Shown one piece after another: positions 23,301-36,700 of a stretch of 64,000 nt of DNA. The notes below the pieces were generated by a model, which was not told the DNA's origin, did no database searches, and was given only the letters and a program-made list of their open reading frames with translations. A program made the translations under genes and the position numbers. The DNA is from Mobula birostris (lineage: Eukaryota): positions 113,970,793 to 114,034,792 of the forward strand of contig NC_092370.1 in NCBI RefSeq assembly GCF_030028105.1, written 5' to 3'. How positions within the stretch are numbered: position 1 is the first letter of the stretch; each line of letters opens with the position of its first letter.

Positions 23301-26300
23301 CAGCCTCCTGCCTAACCTCAAGCCTCCTGCTTAGGCTCAAGCCTAAAGACTCCAGCCTCCTGCCTCGCTTCAAGCCAGAACACTCCATATTCCTGCCCAG
23401 CCTGATGCCTGAAGACATCAGTCTCCTGCCTAACCTCAAGACTGAAGACTCTAGCCTCCTGCCTAGCCTCACGCCTGAAGACTCCAGCCTCCTGCCTAGC
23501 CTCAATCCTGAATAATCCAGCCTCGTTCCTAGCCTAAGGCCTGAAGGCAGCAGCCTCCTGCCTAGCCTCAATCCTGAAGACTCCAGCCTCCTGCCTAGCC
23601 TCAAGCATGAAGACTCCAGCCTCCTGCCTAGCCTGAAGCCTGAGGACTCAAGCCTCCTGCTTAGCCTCAAGCCTGAAGACTCCAGCCTCCTGCCTAGCCT
23701 CACGCCTGAAGACTCCAGCCTCCTGCGTAGCCTCAAGTTTGCAGACTCTAGCCTCCTGTCTAACCTCAAGTCTGAAGGCTCCAGCCTCCAGCCTAGCCTC
23801 AAGCCTGAAAACTCCAGACCGCTGCCTAGCTTCTAGCCTGAATACGCCAGCCTCCAGCCTAGCCTCAAGTCTGGAGACTCCAGCCTCCTGCCTAGCCTCT
23901 AGTCGGAACACTCCAGCCTCCTGCTTCACCTCTAACTTGAAGACTCTAGCCTCCTGCGTAGCCTCACGCCTGAAGACTCCAGCCTCCTGCCTAGCCTCAA
24001 CCCTGAATATTCCAGCCTCCTTCATAGCCTAAAGCCTGAAGGCACCAGCCTCCTGCCTAGCCTCACGCCTGAAGACTCCAGCCTCCCGCCTAGCTTCTAG
24101 CCTGAATACTCCAGCCTCCAGCCTGGCCTCAAGTCTGAAGACTACAGCCTCCTGCCTAGCCTCTAGTCGGAAGACTCCAGCCTCCTGCTTCACCTGTAAC
24201 CTGAAGACTCCAGCCTCCTGCCTAGCCTCAATCCTGAAGACTCCAGCCTTCTGCCTACCCTCACGCCTGAAGACTCCAGCCTCTTGCGTAGCCTCAAGTT
24301 TGAAGACTCTAGCCTCCTGTCTAACCTCAAGTCTGAAGGCTCCAGCCTCCAGCCTAGCCTCAAGCCTGAAAACTCCAGCCTTCTGCCTAGCTTCTAGCCT
24401 GATTACGCCAGCCTCCAGCCTAGCCTCAAGTCTGAAGACTCCAGCCTCCTGCCTAGCCTCTAGTCGGAAGACTCCAGCCTCCTGCTTCACCTCTAACCTG
24501 AAGACTCTAACCTCCTGCCTATCTTCACGCCTGAAGGCTCCAGCCTCCTGCCTAGCCTCAATCCTGAATACTCCAGCCTCCTTCCTAGCCTAAAGCCTGA
24601 AGGTACCAGCCTCCTGCCCCGCCTCAATCCTGAAGACTACAGCCTCCTGCCTAGTCTCAAGCATGAAGACTCCAGCCTCCTGCCTAGCCTCAAGCCAGAG
24701 GACTCAACCCTCCTGCCTAGCCTCAAGCCTGAAGACTCCAGCCTCCTGCCTAGCCTCACGCCTGAAGACTCCAGCCTCCCGCCTAGCTTCTAGCCTAAAT
24801 ACTCCAGCCTCCAGCCTATCCTCAAGTCTGAAGACTACAGCCTCCTGCCTAGCCTCTAGTCGGAAGACTCCAGCCTCCTGCTTCACCTCTAACCTGAAGG
24901 GTCCATCCTCCTGCCTAGCCTCAAACCTGAAGACCCCAGTCTCCTGCCTAGCCTCAAGCCTAAACACTCCAGCCTCCTGCCTAGCATCAAGCCTGAAGAC
25001 TCTAGCCTCCTTCCTAGCCTAAAGCCTGAAGGCACCAGACTCCTGCCGAGCCTCAATCCTGAAGACTCCAGCCTTCTGCCTTGCCTCAAGCATGAAGACT
25101 CCAGCCTCCTGCCTAGGCTCAAGCCCGAGGACTTAAGCCTCCTGCTTAGCCTCAAGCCTGAAGACTCCAGCCTCCTGCCTAGCCTCACGCCTGAAGACTC
25201 CAGCCTCCTGCGTAGCCTCAACCCTGAAAACTCCAGCCTCCTGCCTAGATTCTAGCCTGAATACTCAAGCCTACAGCCTAGCCGCAAGTCTGAAGGCTCC
25301 AGCCTCCTGCCTAGCCTCTAGTCGGAAGGCTCCAGCCCCCTGCTTCACCTCTAACCTGAAGACTCCAGCCTCCTGCCTAGCCTGAAACCTGAAGACTCAA
25401 GCCTCCTGCCTAGCCTCAAGCTGAAGACTCTAGCCTCCTGCCTAGATTCAGGCCTGAAGACCCTAGCCTCCTGCCTGGCCTCAAGCCTGAAGACTCCAGC
25501 CTCCAGCCTAGCCACAAACCTGAAGAATCCTGCCTTCTGCATAGACACCAGCCTGAAGACTCCAGCTTCCTGCCTATCCTGATGCCTGAAGACTCCAGCC
25601 TCCTGCCTAGCCTCAATCCTGAATTTTTCCAGCCTCCTTCGTAGCCTAAAGCCTGAAGGCACCAGCCTCCTGCTTAGCCTCAAGCCTGAAGACTCCAGCC
25701 TCCTGCCTAGCCTCATGCCTGAAGGCTCCAGCCTCCTGCCTAGCCTCAATCCTGAATACTCCAGCCTCCTTCCTAGCCTAAAGCCTGAAGGCACCAGCCT
25801 CCTGCCCCGCCTTAATCCTGAAGACTACAGCCTCCTGCCTAGTCTCAAGCATGAAGACTCCAGCCTCCTGCCTAGCCTCAAGCCAGAGGACTCAACCCTC
25901 CTGCCTAGCCTCAAGACTGAAGACTCCAGCCTCCAGCCTAGCCTCAATCCTGAAGACTCCAGCCTTCAGCCTAGCCTCAATCATGAAGACTCCAGCCTCC
26001 TGCCTAGCCTCAAGCCTGAGGACTCAAGCCTCCTGCTTAGCCTCAAACCTGAAGACCCCAGTCTCCTGCCTAGCCTCAAGCCTAAACACTCCAGCCTCCT
26101 GCCTAGCATCAAGCCTGAAGACTCTAGCCTCCTTCCTAGCCTAAAGCATGAAGGCACCAGACTCCTGCCGAGCCTCAATCCTGAAGACTCCAGCCTTCTG
26201 CCTTGCCTCAGGCATGAAGACTCCAGCCTCCTGCCTAGGCTCAAGCCCGAGGACTTAAGCCTCCTGCTTAGCCTCAAGCCTGAAGACTCCAGCCTCCTGC

Positions 26301-29300
26301 CTAGCCTCACGCCTGAAGACTCCAGCCTCCTGCGTAGCCTCAACCCTGAAAACTCCAGCCTCCTGCCTAGATTCTAGCCTGAATACTCAAGCCTACAGCC
26401 TAGCCGCAAGTCTGAAGGCTCCAGCCTCCTGCCTAGCCTCTAGTCGGAAGACTCCAGCCCCCTGCTTCACCTCTAACCTGAAGACTCCAGCCTCCTGCCT
26501 AGCCTCAAACCTGAAGACTCAAGCCTCCTGCCTAGCCTCAAGCTGAAGACTCTAGCCTCCTGCCTAGATTCAGGCCTGAAGACCCTAGCCTCCTGCCTGG
26601 CCTCAAGCCTGAAGACTCCAGCCTCCTGCCTAGCCACAAACCTGAAGAATCCTGCCTCCTGCATAGACACCAGCCTGAAGACTCCAGCTTCCTGCCTATC
26701 CTGATGCCTGAAGACTCCAGCCTCCTGCCTAGCCTCAATCCTGAATTTTTCCAGCCTCCTTCGTAGCCTAAAGCCTGAAGGCACCAGCCTCCTGCTTAGC
26801 CTCAAGCCTGAAGACTCCAGCCTCCTGCCTAGCCTCATGCCTGAAGACTCCAGCCTCCTGCCTAGCCTCATGCCTGAAGGCTCCAGCCTCCTGCCTAGCC
26901 TCAATCCTGAATACTCCAGCCTCCTTCCTAGCCTAAAGCCTGAAGGCACCAGCCTCCTGCCCCGCCTTAATCCTGAAGACTACAGCCTCCTGCCTAGTCT
27001 CAAGCATGAAGACTCCAGCCTCCTGCCTAGCCTCAAACCTGAAGAGTCAAGTCTCCTACCTAGACTCAAGACTGAAGACTCCAGCCTCATGCCTAGCCTC
27101 GTCTCAAGTCTCAAATCTCCAGCCTCCTGCCAAGCCACAAGCCAAAAGATTCCCGGCTCATACCTAGCCTCAAGACTAAAGAGTCAAGCCTCCTTCTTAG
27201 CCTCAAGCTTGAAGACTCCAGCATCCTGCCTAACCTCAAGTCTGAAGATTCCAGTCTCCTGCCTAGCCTGACGCCTGAAGACTCCAGCCTCCTGCCTAGC
27301 CGCAATCCTGATGACTCCAGCCTCCTGCCTAGCCTCCAGTCTGAAGACTCCAGCCTCCTGCCTAGATTCTAGCCTGAATACTCAAGCCTACAGCCTAGCC
27401 GCACGTCTGAAGGTTCCAGCCTCCTGCCGAGCCTCTAGTCGGAAGACTCCAGCCTCCTGCTTCACCTCTAACCTGAAGACTCCAGCCTCCTGCCTAGCCT
27501 CAAACATGAAGAGTCCAGTCTCCTGCCTAGCCTCAAGCCTAAACACTCCAGCCTCCTGCCTAGCCTCAAGCCTGAAGACTCTAGCCTCCTGCCTAGATTC
27601 AGGCCTGAAGACCCTAGCCTCCTGCCTGGCCTCAAGCCTGAAGACTCCAGCCTCCTGCCTAGCCACAAACCTGAAGAATCCAGGCTCCTGCATAGACACC
27701 AGCCTGAAGACTCCAGCTACCTGCCTATCCTGATGCCTGAAAACACCAGCCTCCTGCCTAGCCTCTAGCCTGAAGACTCAAGCCTCCTGCTTAGCCTCAA
27801 GCCTGAAGACTCCAGCCTCCTGCCTAGCCTCACGCTTGAAGAATCAAACCTCCTGCTTACCCTCAAGCCTGAAGGCTCCAGCCTCCTGCCTAGCCTCAAT
27901 CCTGAAGACCCCAGACTTCTGTTTTGTCACAAGCCTGAAGTCTCCATTCTCCTGCCAAGCCTCAATCAGGACGACTCCAACATCATGCCTAGTATCTAGC
28001 CTGAAGACTGCAGCCTCCTACCGAGCCTCCAGCCTGAATACTGCAGCCTCCTGCCTAGCCTCCAGCCTGAAGACTCCAGCCTCCGGCCTAGCATCAGCCT
28101 CAATCCTGACGACTCCAGCTTCCTGCTTAGTTTCAGGCCTGAAGACTCCAACCTCCTGCCTAGCCTCTATCCTGAAGCCTACAGCCTCCTGCCTAGTGTC
28201 TAGCTTGAAGACTCCAGCATCAAGCCAGAAGGCTCCAGCCTCCTGCCTAGCCTCAATCCTAAAGACTCCAGCCTCCTCCCTAGCCTCAAGCCTGAAGACT
28301 CCAGCCTCCTCCCTAGCCTCTAGCCAGAAGACTCCAGCCTCCTGCCTAACCTCTAGCCTGAAGACTCCAAACTCCAGCCTAGCCTCAAGCCTGAAGACTC
28401 AAGACTCTTGCTTAGCCTCAAGCTGAAGGCTCCAGCCCCCTGCCTAGCCTCAAGCCTCCTGCTTAGGCTCAAGCCTAAAGACTCCAGCCTCCTGCCTCGA
28501 CTCAAGCCAGAACACTCCAGATTCCTGCCCAGCCTGATGCCTGAAGACACCAGTCTCCTGCTTAACCTCAAGCCTGAAGACTCTAGCCTCCTGCCTAGCC
28601 TCTAGGCTGAAGAATCCAGACTCCTGCCTAGCCTCAATCCTGAATACTCCAGCCTCCTGCCTAGCCTCACGCCTGAAGACTCCAGCCTCTTGCGTAGCCT
28701 CAATCCTGAAGACTCCAGCCTCCTGCCTAGCCTCAAGCCTGAGGACTCAAGCCTCCTGCTTAGCCTCAAGCCTGAAGACTCCAGCCTCCTGCCTAGCCTC
28801 ACGCCTGAAGACTCCAGCCTCCTGCGTAGCCTCAAGTTTGAAGACTCTAGCCTCCTGTCTAACCCCAAGTCTGAAGGCTCCAGCCTCCAGCCTATCCTCA
28901 AGCCTGAAAACTCCAGCCTTCTGCCTAGCTTCTAGCCTGAATACGCCAGCCTCCAGCCTAGCCTCAAGTCTGAAGACTCCAGCCTCCTGCCTAGCCTCTA
29001 GTCGGAAGACTCCAGCCTCCTGCTTCACCTCTAACCTGAAGACTCTAGCCTCCTGCGTAGCCTCACGCCTGAAGGCACCAGCCTCCTGCCTAGCCTCAAT
29101 CCTGAATACTCCAGCCTCCTTCCTAGCCTAAAGCCTGAAGGCACCAGCCTCCTGCCCCGCCTCAATCCTGAAGACTACAGCCTCATGCCTACTCTCAAGC
29201 ATGAAGACTCCAGCCTCCTGCCTAGCCTCAAGCCTGAGGACTCAACCCTCCTGCCTAGCTTCTAGCCTGAATACTCCAGCCTCCAGCCTAGCCTCAAGTC

Positions 29301-32300
29301 TGAAGACTACAGCCTCATGCCTAGTCTCAAGCCTGAAGACTCCAGCCTCCTGCCTAGCCTCACGCCTGAAGACTCCAGCCTCCCGCCTAGCTTCTAGCCT
29401 GAATACTCCAGCCTCCAGCCTAGCCTCAAGTCTGAAGACTACAGCCTCCTGCCTAGCCTCAAGCCTGAAGACTCTAGCCTCCTGCCTAGATTCAGGCCTG
29501 AAGACCCTAGCCTCCTGCCTAGCCTCAAGCCTGAAGACTCCAGCCTCCTGCCTAGCCACAAACCTGAAGAATCCAGCCTCCTGCATAGACACCAGCCTGA
29601 AGACTCCAGCTTCCTGCCTATCCTGATGCCTGAAAACACCAGCCTCCTGCCTAGCCTCTAGCCTGAAGATTCAAGCCTCCTGCTTAGCCTCAAGCCTGAA
29701 CACTCCAGCATCCTGCCTAGCCTCACGCTTGAAGAATCAAACCTCCTACTTACCCTCAAGCCTGAAGGCTCCAGCCTCCTGCCTGGCCTAAATCCTGAAG
29801 ACCCTAGACTCCTGCTTTGTCACAAGCCTGAAGTCTCCATCCTCCTGCCTTGCCTCAATCAGGACGACTCCAACATCATGCCTAGTATCTAGCCTGAAGA
29901 CTGCAGACTCCTGCCTAGCCTCCAGCCTGAATACTGCAGCCTCCTCCCTAGCCTCTAGCCAGAAGACTCCAGACTCCTGCCTAGCCTCAAGTCTGAAGAC
30001 TCAAGCCTCTTGCTTAGCCTCAAGCTGAAGACTCCAGCCTCCTGCCTAACCTCAAGCCTCCTGCTTAGGCTCAAGCCTAAAGACTCCAGCCTCCTGCCTC
30101 GCTTCAAGCGAGAACACTCCATATTCCTGCCCAGCCTGATGCCTGAAGACATCAGTCTCCTGCCTAACCTCAAGACTGAAGACTCTAGCCTCCTGCCTAG
30201 CCTCACGCCTGAAGACTCCAGCCTCCTGCCTAGCCTCAATCCTGAATAATCCAGCCTCGTTCCTAGCCTAAGGCCTGAAGGCAGCAGCCTCCTGCCTAGC
30301 CTCAATCCTGAAGACTCCAGCCTCCTGCCTAGCCTCAAGCATGAAGACTCCAGCCTCCTGCCTAGCCTGAAGCCTGAGGACTCAAGCCTCCTGCTTAGCC
30401 TCAAGCCTGAAGACTCCAGCCTCCTGCCTAGCCTCACGCCTGAAGACTCCAGCCTCCTGCGTAGCCTCAAGTTTGCAGACTCTAGCCTCCTGTCTAACCT
30501 CAAGTCTGAAGGCTCCAGCCTCCAGCCTAGCCTCAAGCCTGAAAACTCCAGACCGCTGCCTAGCTTCTAGCCTGAATACGCCAGCCTCCAGCCTAGCCTC
30601 AAGTCTGGAGACTCCAGCCTCCTGCCTAGCCTCTAGTCGGAACACTCCAGCCTCCTGCTTCACCTCTAACTTGAAGACTCTAGCCTCCTGCGTAGCCTCA
30701 CGCCTGAAGACTCCAGCCTCCTGCCTAGCCTCAACCCTGAATATTCCAGCCTCCTTCATAGCCTAAAGCCTGAAGGCACCAGCCTCCTGCCTAGCCTCAC
30801 GCCTGAAGACTCCAGCCTCCCGCCTAGCTTCTAGCCTGAATACTCCAGCCTCCAGCCTGGCCTCAAGTCTGAAGACTACAGCCTCCTGCCTAGCCTCTAG
30901 TCGGAAGACTCCAGCCTCCTGCTTCACCTGTAACCTGAAGACTCCAGCCTCCTGCCTAGCCTCAATCCTGAAGACTCCAGCCTTCTGCCTACCCTCACGC
31001 CTGAAGACTCCAGCCTCTTGCGTAGCCTCAAGTTTGAAGACTCTAGCCTCCTGTCTAACCTCAAGTCTGAAGGCTCCAGCCTCCAGCCTAGCCTCAAGCC
31101 TGAAAACTCCAGCCTTCTGCCTAGCTTCTAGCCTGATTACGCCAGCCTCCAGCCTAGCCTCAAGTCTGAAGACTCCAGCCTCCTGCCTAGCCTCTAGTCG
31201 GAAGACTCCAGCCTCCTGCTTCACCTCTAACCTGAAGACTCTAACCTCCTGCCTATCTTCACGCCTGAAGGCTCCAGCCTCCTGCCTAGCCTCAATCCTG
31301 AATACTCCAGCCTCCTTCCTAGCCTAAAGCCTGAAGGTACCAGCCTCCTGCCCCGCCTCAATCCTGAAGACTACAGCCTCCTGCCTAGTCTCAAGCATGA
31401 AGACTCCAGCCTCCTGCCTAGCCTCAAGCCAGAGGACTCAACCCTCCTGCCTAGCCTCAAGCCTGAAGACTCCAGCCTCCTGCCTAGCCTCACGCCTGAA
31501 GACTCCAGCCTCCCGCCTAGCTTCTAGCCTAAATACTCCAGCCTCCAGCCTATCCTCAAGTCTGAAGACTACAGCCTCCTGCCTAGCCTCTAGTCGGAAG
31601 ACTCCAGCCTCCTGCTTCACCTCTAACCTGAAGGGTCCATCCTCCTGCCTAGCCTCAAACCTGAAGACCCCAGTCTCCTGCCTAGCCTCAAGCCTAAACA
31701 CTCCAGCCTCCTGCCTAGCATCAAGCCTGAAGACTCTAGCCTCCTTCCTAGGCTCAAGCCTAAAGGCACCAGACTCCTGCCGAGCCTCAATCCTGAAGAC
31801 TCCAGCCTTCTGCCTTGCCTCAAGCATGAAGACTCCAGCCTCCTGCCTAGGCTCAAGCCCGAGGACTTAAGCCTCCTGCTTAGCCTCAAGCCTGAAGACT
31901 CCAGCCTCCTGCCTAGCCTCACGCCTGAAGACTCCAGCCTCCTGCGTAGCCTCAACCCTGAAAACTCCAGCCTCCTGCCTAGATTCTAGCCTGAATACTC
32001 AAGCCTACAGCCTAGCCGCAAGTCTGAAGGCTCCAGCCTCCTGCCTAGCCTCTAGTCGGAAGGCTCCAGCCCCCTGCTTCACCTCTAACCTGAAGACTCC
32101 AGCCTCCTGCCTAGCCTCAAGCTGAAGACTCTAGCCTCCTGCCTAGATTCAGGCCTGAAGACCCTAGCCTCCTGCCTGGCCTCAAGCCTGAAGACTCCAG
32201 CCTCCAGCCTAGCCACAAACCTGAAGAATCCTGCCTCCTGCATAGACACCAGCCTGAAGACTCCAGCTTCCTGCCTATCCTGATGCCTGAAGACTCCAGC

Positions 32301-33731
32301 CTCCTGCCTAGCCTCAATCCTGAATTTTTCCAGCCTCCTTCGTAGCCTAAAGCCTGAAGGCACCAGCCTCCTGCTTAGCCTCAAGCCTGAAGACTCCAGC
32401 CTCCTGCCTAGCCTCATGCCTGAAGGCTCCAGCCTCCTGCCTAGCCTCAATCCTGAATACTCCAGCCTCCTTCCTAGCCTAAAGCCTGAAGGCACCAGCC
32501 TCCTGCCCCGCCTTAATCCTGAAGACTACAGCCTCCTGCCTAGTCTCAAGCATGAAGACTCCAGCCTCCTGCCTAGCCTCAAGCCAGAGGACTCAACCCT
32601 CCTGCCTAGCCTCAAGACTGAAGACTCCAGCCTCCAGCCTAGCCTCAATCCTGAAGACTCCAGCCTTCAGCCTAGCCTCAATCATGAAGACTCCAGCCTC
32701 CTGCCTAGCCTCAAGCCTGAGGACTCAAGCCTCCTGCTTAGCCTCAAACCTGAAGACCCCAGTCTCCTGCCTAGCCTCAAGCCTAAACACTCCAGCCTCC
32801 TGCCTAGCATCAAGCCTGAAGACTCTAGCCTCCTTCCTAGCCTAAAGCATGAAGGCACCAGACTCCTGCCGAGCCTCAATCCTGAAGACTCCAGCCTTCT
32901 GCCTTGCCTCAGGCATGAAGACTCCAGCCTCCTGCCTAGGCTCAAGCCCGAGGACTTAAGCCTCCTGCTTAGCCTCAAGCCTGAAGACTCCAGCCTCCTG
33001 CCTAGCCTCACGCCTGAAGACTCCAGCCTCCTGCGTAGCCTCAACCCTGAAAACTCCAGCCTCCTGCCTAGATTCTAGCCTGAATACTCAAGCCTACAGC
33101 CTAGCCGCAAGTCTGAAGGCTCCAGCCTCCTGCCTAGCCTCTAGTCGGAAGACTCCAGCCCCCTGCTTCACCTCTAACCTGAAGACTCCAGCCTCCTGCC
33201 TAGCCTCAAACCTGAAGACTCAAGCCTCCTGCCTAGCCTCAAGCTGAAGACTCTAGCCTCCTGCCTAGATTCAGGCCTGAAGACCCTAGCCTCCTGCCTG
33301 GCCTCAAGCCTGAAGACTCCAGCCTCCTGCCTAGCCACAAACCTGAAGAATCCTGCCTCCTGCATAGACACCAGCCTGAAGACTCCAGCTTCCTGCCTAT
33401 CCTGATGCTTGAAGACTCCAGCCTCCTGCCTAGCCTCAAACCTGAATTTTTCCAGCCTCCTTCGTAGCCTAAAGCCTGAAGGCACCAGCCTCCTGCTTAG
33501 CCTCAAGCCTGAAGACTCCAGCCTCCTGCCTAGCCTCATGCCTGAAGACTCCAGCCTCCTGCCTAGCCTCATGCCTGAAGGCTCCAGCCTCCTGCCTAGC
33601 CTCAATCCTGAATACTCCAGCCTCCTTCCTAGCCTAAAGCCTGAAGGCACCAGCCTCCTGCCCCGCCTTAATCCTGAAGACTACAGCCTCCTGCCTAGTC
33701 TCAAGCATGAAGACTCCAGCCTCCTGCCTAG
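20330..33731. repeat. Two tandem copies of a 6701-bp higher-order repeat (about 203 monomers)
   Basis: Marker CCTCAAACCTGAAGAGTCAAGTCTCCTACCTAGACTC starts at 20330, 27031 and 33732. Identical ORFs recur at offsets of 6701/6734 (e.g. 21135/27836, 24029/30763, 25715/32416). Confidence 0.9.
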
Positions 33732-33769
33732 CCTCAAACCTGAAGAGTCAAGTCTCCTACCTAGACTCA

Positions 33770-36700
33770 AGACTGAAGGCTCCAGCCTCCAGCCTAGCCT
33801 CAAGCCTGAAAACTCCAGACCGCTGCCTAGCTTCTAGCCTGAATACGCCAGCCTCCAGCCTAGCCTCAAGTCTGGAGACTCCAGCCTCCTGCCTAGCCTC
33901 TAGTCGGAACACACCAGCCTCCTGCTTCACCTCTAACTTGAAGACTCTAGCCTCCTGCGTAGCCTCACGCCTGAAGACTCCAGCCTCCTGCCTAGCCTCA
34001 ACCCTGAATATTCCAGCCTCCTTCATAGCCTAAAGCCTGAAGGCACCAGCCTCCTGCCTAGCCTCACGCCTGAAGACTCCAGCCTCCCGCCTAGCTTCTA
34101 GCCTGAATACTCCAGCCTCCAGCCTGGCCTCAAGTCTGAAGACTACAGCCTCCTGCCTAGCCTCTAGTCGGAAGACTCCAGCCTCCTGCTTCACCTGTAA
34201 CCTGAAGACTCCAGCCTCCTGCCTAGCCTCAATCCTGAAGACTCCAGCCTTCTGCCTACCCTCACGCCTGAAGACTCCAGCCTCTTGCGTAGCCTCAAGT
34301 TTGAAGACTCTAGCCTCCTGTCTAACCTCAAGTCTGAAGGCTCCAGCCTCCAGCCTAGCCTCAAGCCTGAAAACTCCAGCCTTCTGCCTAGCTTCTAGCC
34401 TGATTACGCCAGCCTCCAGCCTAGCCTCAAGTCTGAAGACTCCAGCCTCCTGCCTAGCCTCTAGTCGGAAGACTCCAGCCTCCTGCTTCACCTCTAACCT
34501 GAAGACTCTAACCTCCTGCCTATCTTCACGCCTGAAGGCTCCAGCCTCCTGCCTAGCCTCAATCCTGAATACTCCAGCCTCCTTCCTAGCCTAAAGCCTG
34601 AAGGTACCAGCCTCCTGCCCCGCCTCAATCCTGAAGACTACAGCCTCCTGCCTAGTCTCAAGCATGAAGACTCCAGCCTCCTGCCTAGCCTCAAGCCAGA
34701 GGACTCAACCCTCCTGCCTAGCCTCAAGCCTGAAGACTCCAGTCTCCTGCCTAGCCTCAAGCCTAAACACTCCAGCCTCCTGCCTAGCATCAAGCCTGAA
34801 GACTCTAGCCTCCTTCCTAGGCTCAAGCCTAAAGGCACCAGACTCCTGCCGAGCCTCAATCCTGAAGACTCCAGCCTTCTGCCTTGCCTCAAGCATGAAG
34901 ACTCCAGCCTCCTGCCTAGGCTCAATCCCGAGGACTTAAGCCTCCTGCTTAGCCTCAAGCCTGAAGACTCCAGCCTCCTGCCTAGCCTCACGCCTGAAGA
35001 CTCCAGCCTCCTGCGTAGCCTCAACCCTGAAAACTCCAGCCTCCTGCCTAGATTCTAGCCTGAATACTCAAGCCTACAGCCTAGCCGCAAGTCTGAAGGC
35101 TCCAGCCTCCTGCCTAGCCTCTAGTCGGAAGGCTCCAGCCCCCTGCTTCACCTCTAACCTGAAGACTCCAGCCTCCTGCCTAGCCTGAAACCTGAAGACT
35201 CAAGCCTCCTGCCTAGCCTCAAGCTGAAGACTCTAGCCTCCTGCCTAGATTCAGGCCTGAAGACCCTAGCCTCCTGCCTGGCCTCAAGCCTGAAGACTCC
35301 AGCCTCCAGCCTAGCCACAAACCTGAAGAATCCTGCCTCCTGCATAGACACCAGCCTGAAGACTCCAGCTTCCTGCCTATCCTGATGCCTGAAGACTCCA
35401 GCCTCCTGCCTAGCCTCAATCCTGAATTTTTCCAGCCTCCTTCGTAGCCTAAAGCCTGAAGGCACCAGCCTCCTGCTTAGCCTCAAGCCTGAAGACTCCA
35501 GCCTCCTGCCTAGCCTCATGCCTGAAGGCTCCAGCCTCCTGCCTAGCCTCAATCCTGAATACTCCAGCCTCCTTCCTAGCCTAAAGCCTGAAGGCACCAG
35601 CCTCCTGCCCCGCCTTAATCCTGAAGACTACAGCCTCCTGCCTAGTCTCAAGCATGAAGACTCCAGCCTCCTGCCTAGCCTCAAGCCAGAGGACTCAACC
35701 CTCCTGCCTAGCCTCAAGACTGAAGACTCCAGCCTCCAGCCTAGCCTCAATCCTGAAGACTCCAGCCTTCAGCCTAGCCTCAATCATGAAGACTCCAGCC
35801 TCCTGCCTAGCCTCAAGCCTGAGGACTCAAGCCTCCTGCTTAGCCTCAAACCTGAAGACCCCAGTCTCCTGCCTAGCCTCAAGCCTAAACACTCCAGCCT
35901 CCTGCCTAGCATCAAGCCTGAAGACTCTAGCCTCCTTCCTAGCCTAAAGCATGAAGGCACCAGACTCCTGCCGAGCCTCAATCCTGAAGACTCCAGCCTT
36001 CTGCCTTGCCTCAGGCATGAAGACTCCAGCCTCCTGCCTAGGCTCAAGCCCGAGGACTTAAGCCTCCTGCTTAGCCTCAAGCCTGAAGACTCCAGCCTCC
36101 TGCCTAGCCTCACGCCTGAAGACTCCAGCCTCCTGCGTAGCCTCAACCCTGAAAACTCCAGCCTCCTGCCTAGATTCTAGCCTGAATACTCAAGCCTACA
36201 GCCTAGCCGCAAGTCTGAAGGCTCCAGCCTCCTGCCTAGCCTCTAGTCGGAAGACTCCAGCCCCCTGCTTCACCTCTAACCTGAAGACTCCAGCCTCCTG
36301 CCTAGCCTCAAACCTGAAGACTCAAGCCTCCTGCCTAGCCTCAAGCTGAAGACTCTAGCCTCCTGCCTAGATTCAGGCCTGAAGACCCTAGCCTCCTGCC
36401 TGGCCTCAAGCCTGAAGACTCCAGCCTCCTGCCTAGCCACAAACCTGAAGAATCCTGCCTCCTGCATAGACACCAGCCTGAAGACTCCAGCTTCCTGCCT
36501 ATCCTGATGCCTGAAGACTCCAGCCTCCTGCCTAGCCTCAATCCTGAATTTTTCCAGCCTCCTTCGTAGCCTAAAGCCTGAAGGCACCAGCCTCCTGCTT
36601 AGCCTCAAGCCTGAAGACTCCAGCCTCCTGCCTAGCCTCATGCCTGAAGACTCCAGCCTCCTGCCTAGCCTCAATCCTGAAGACTCCAGCCTCCTGCCTA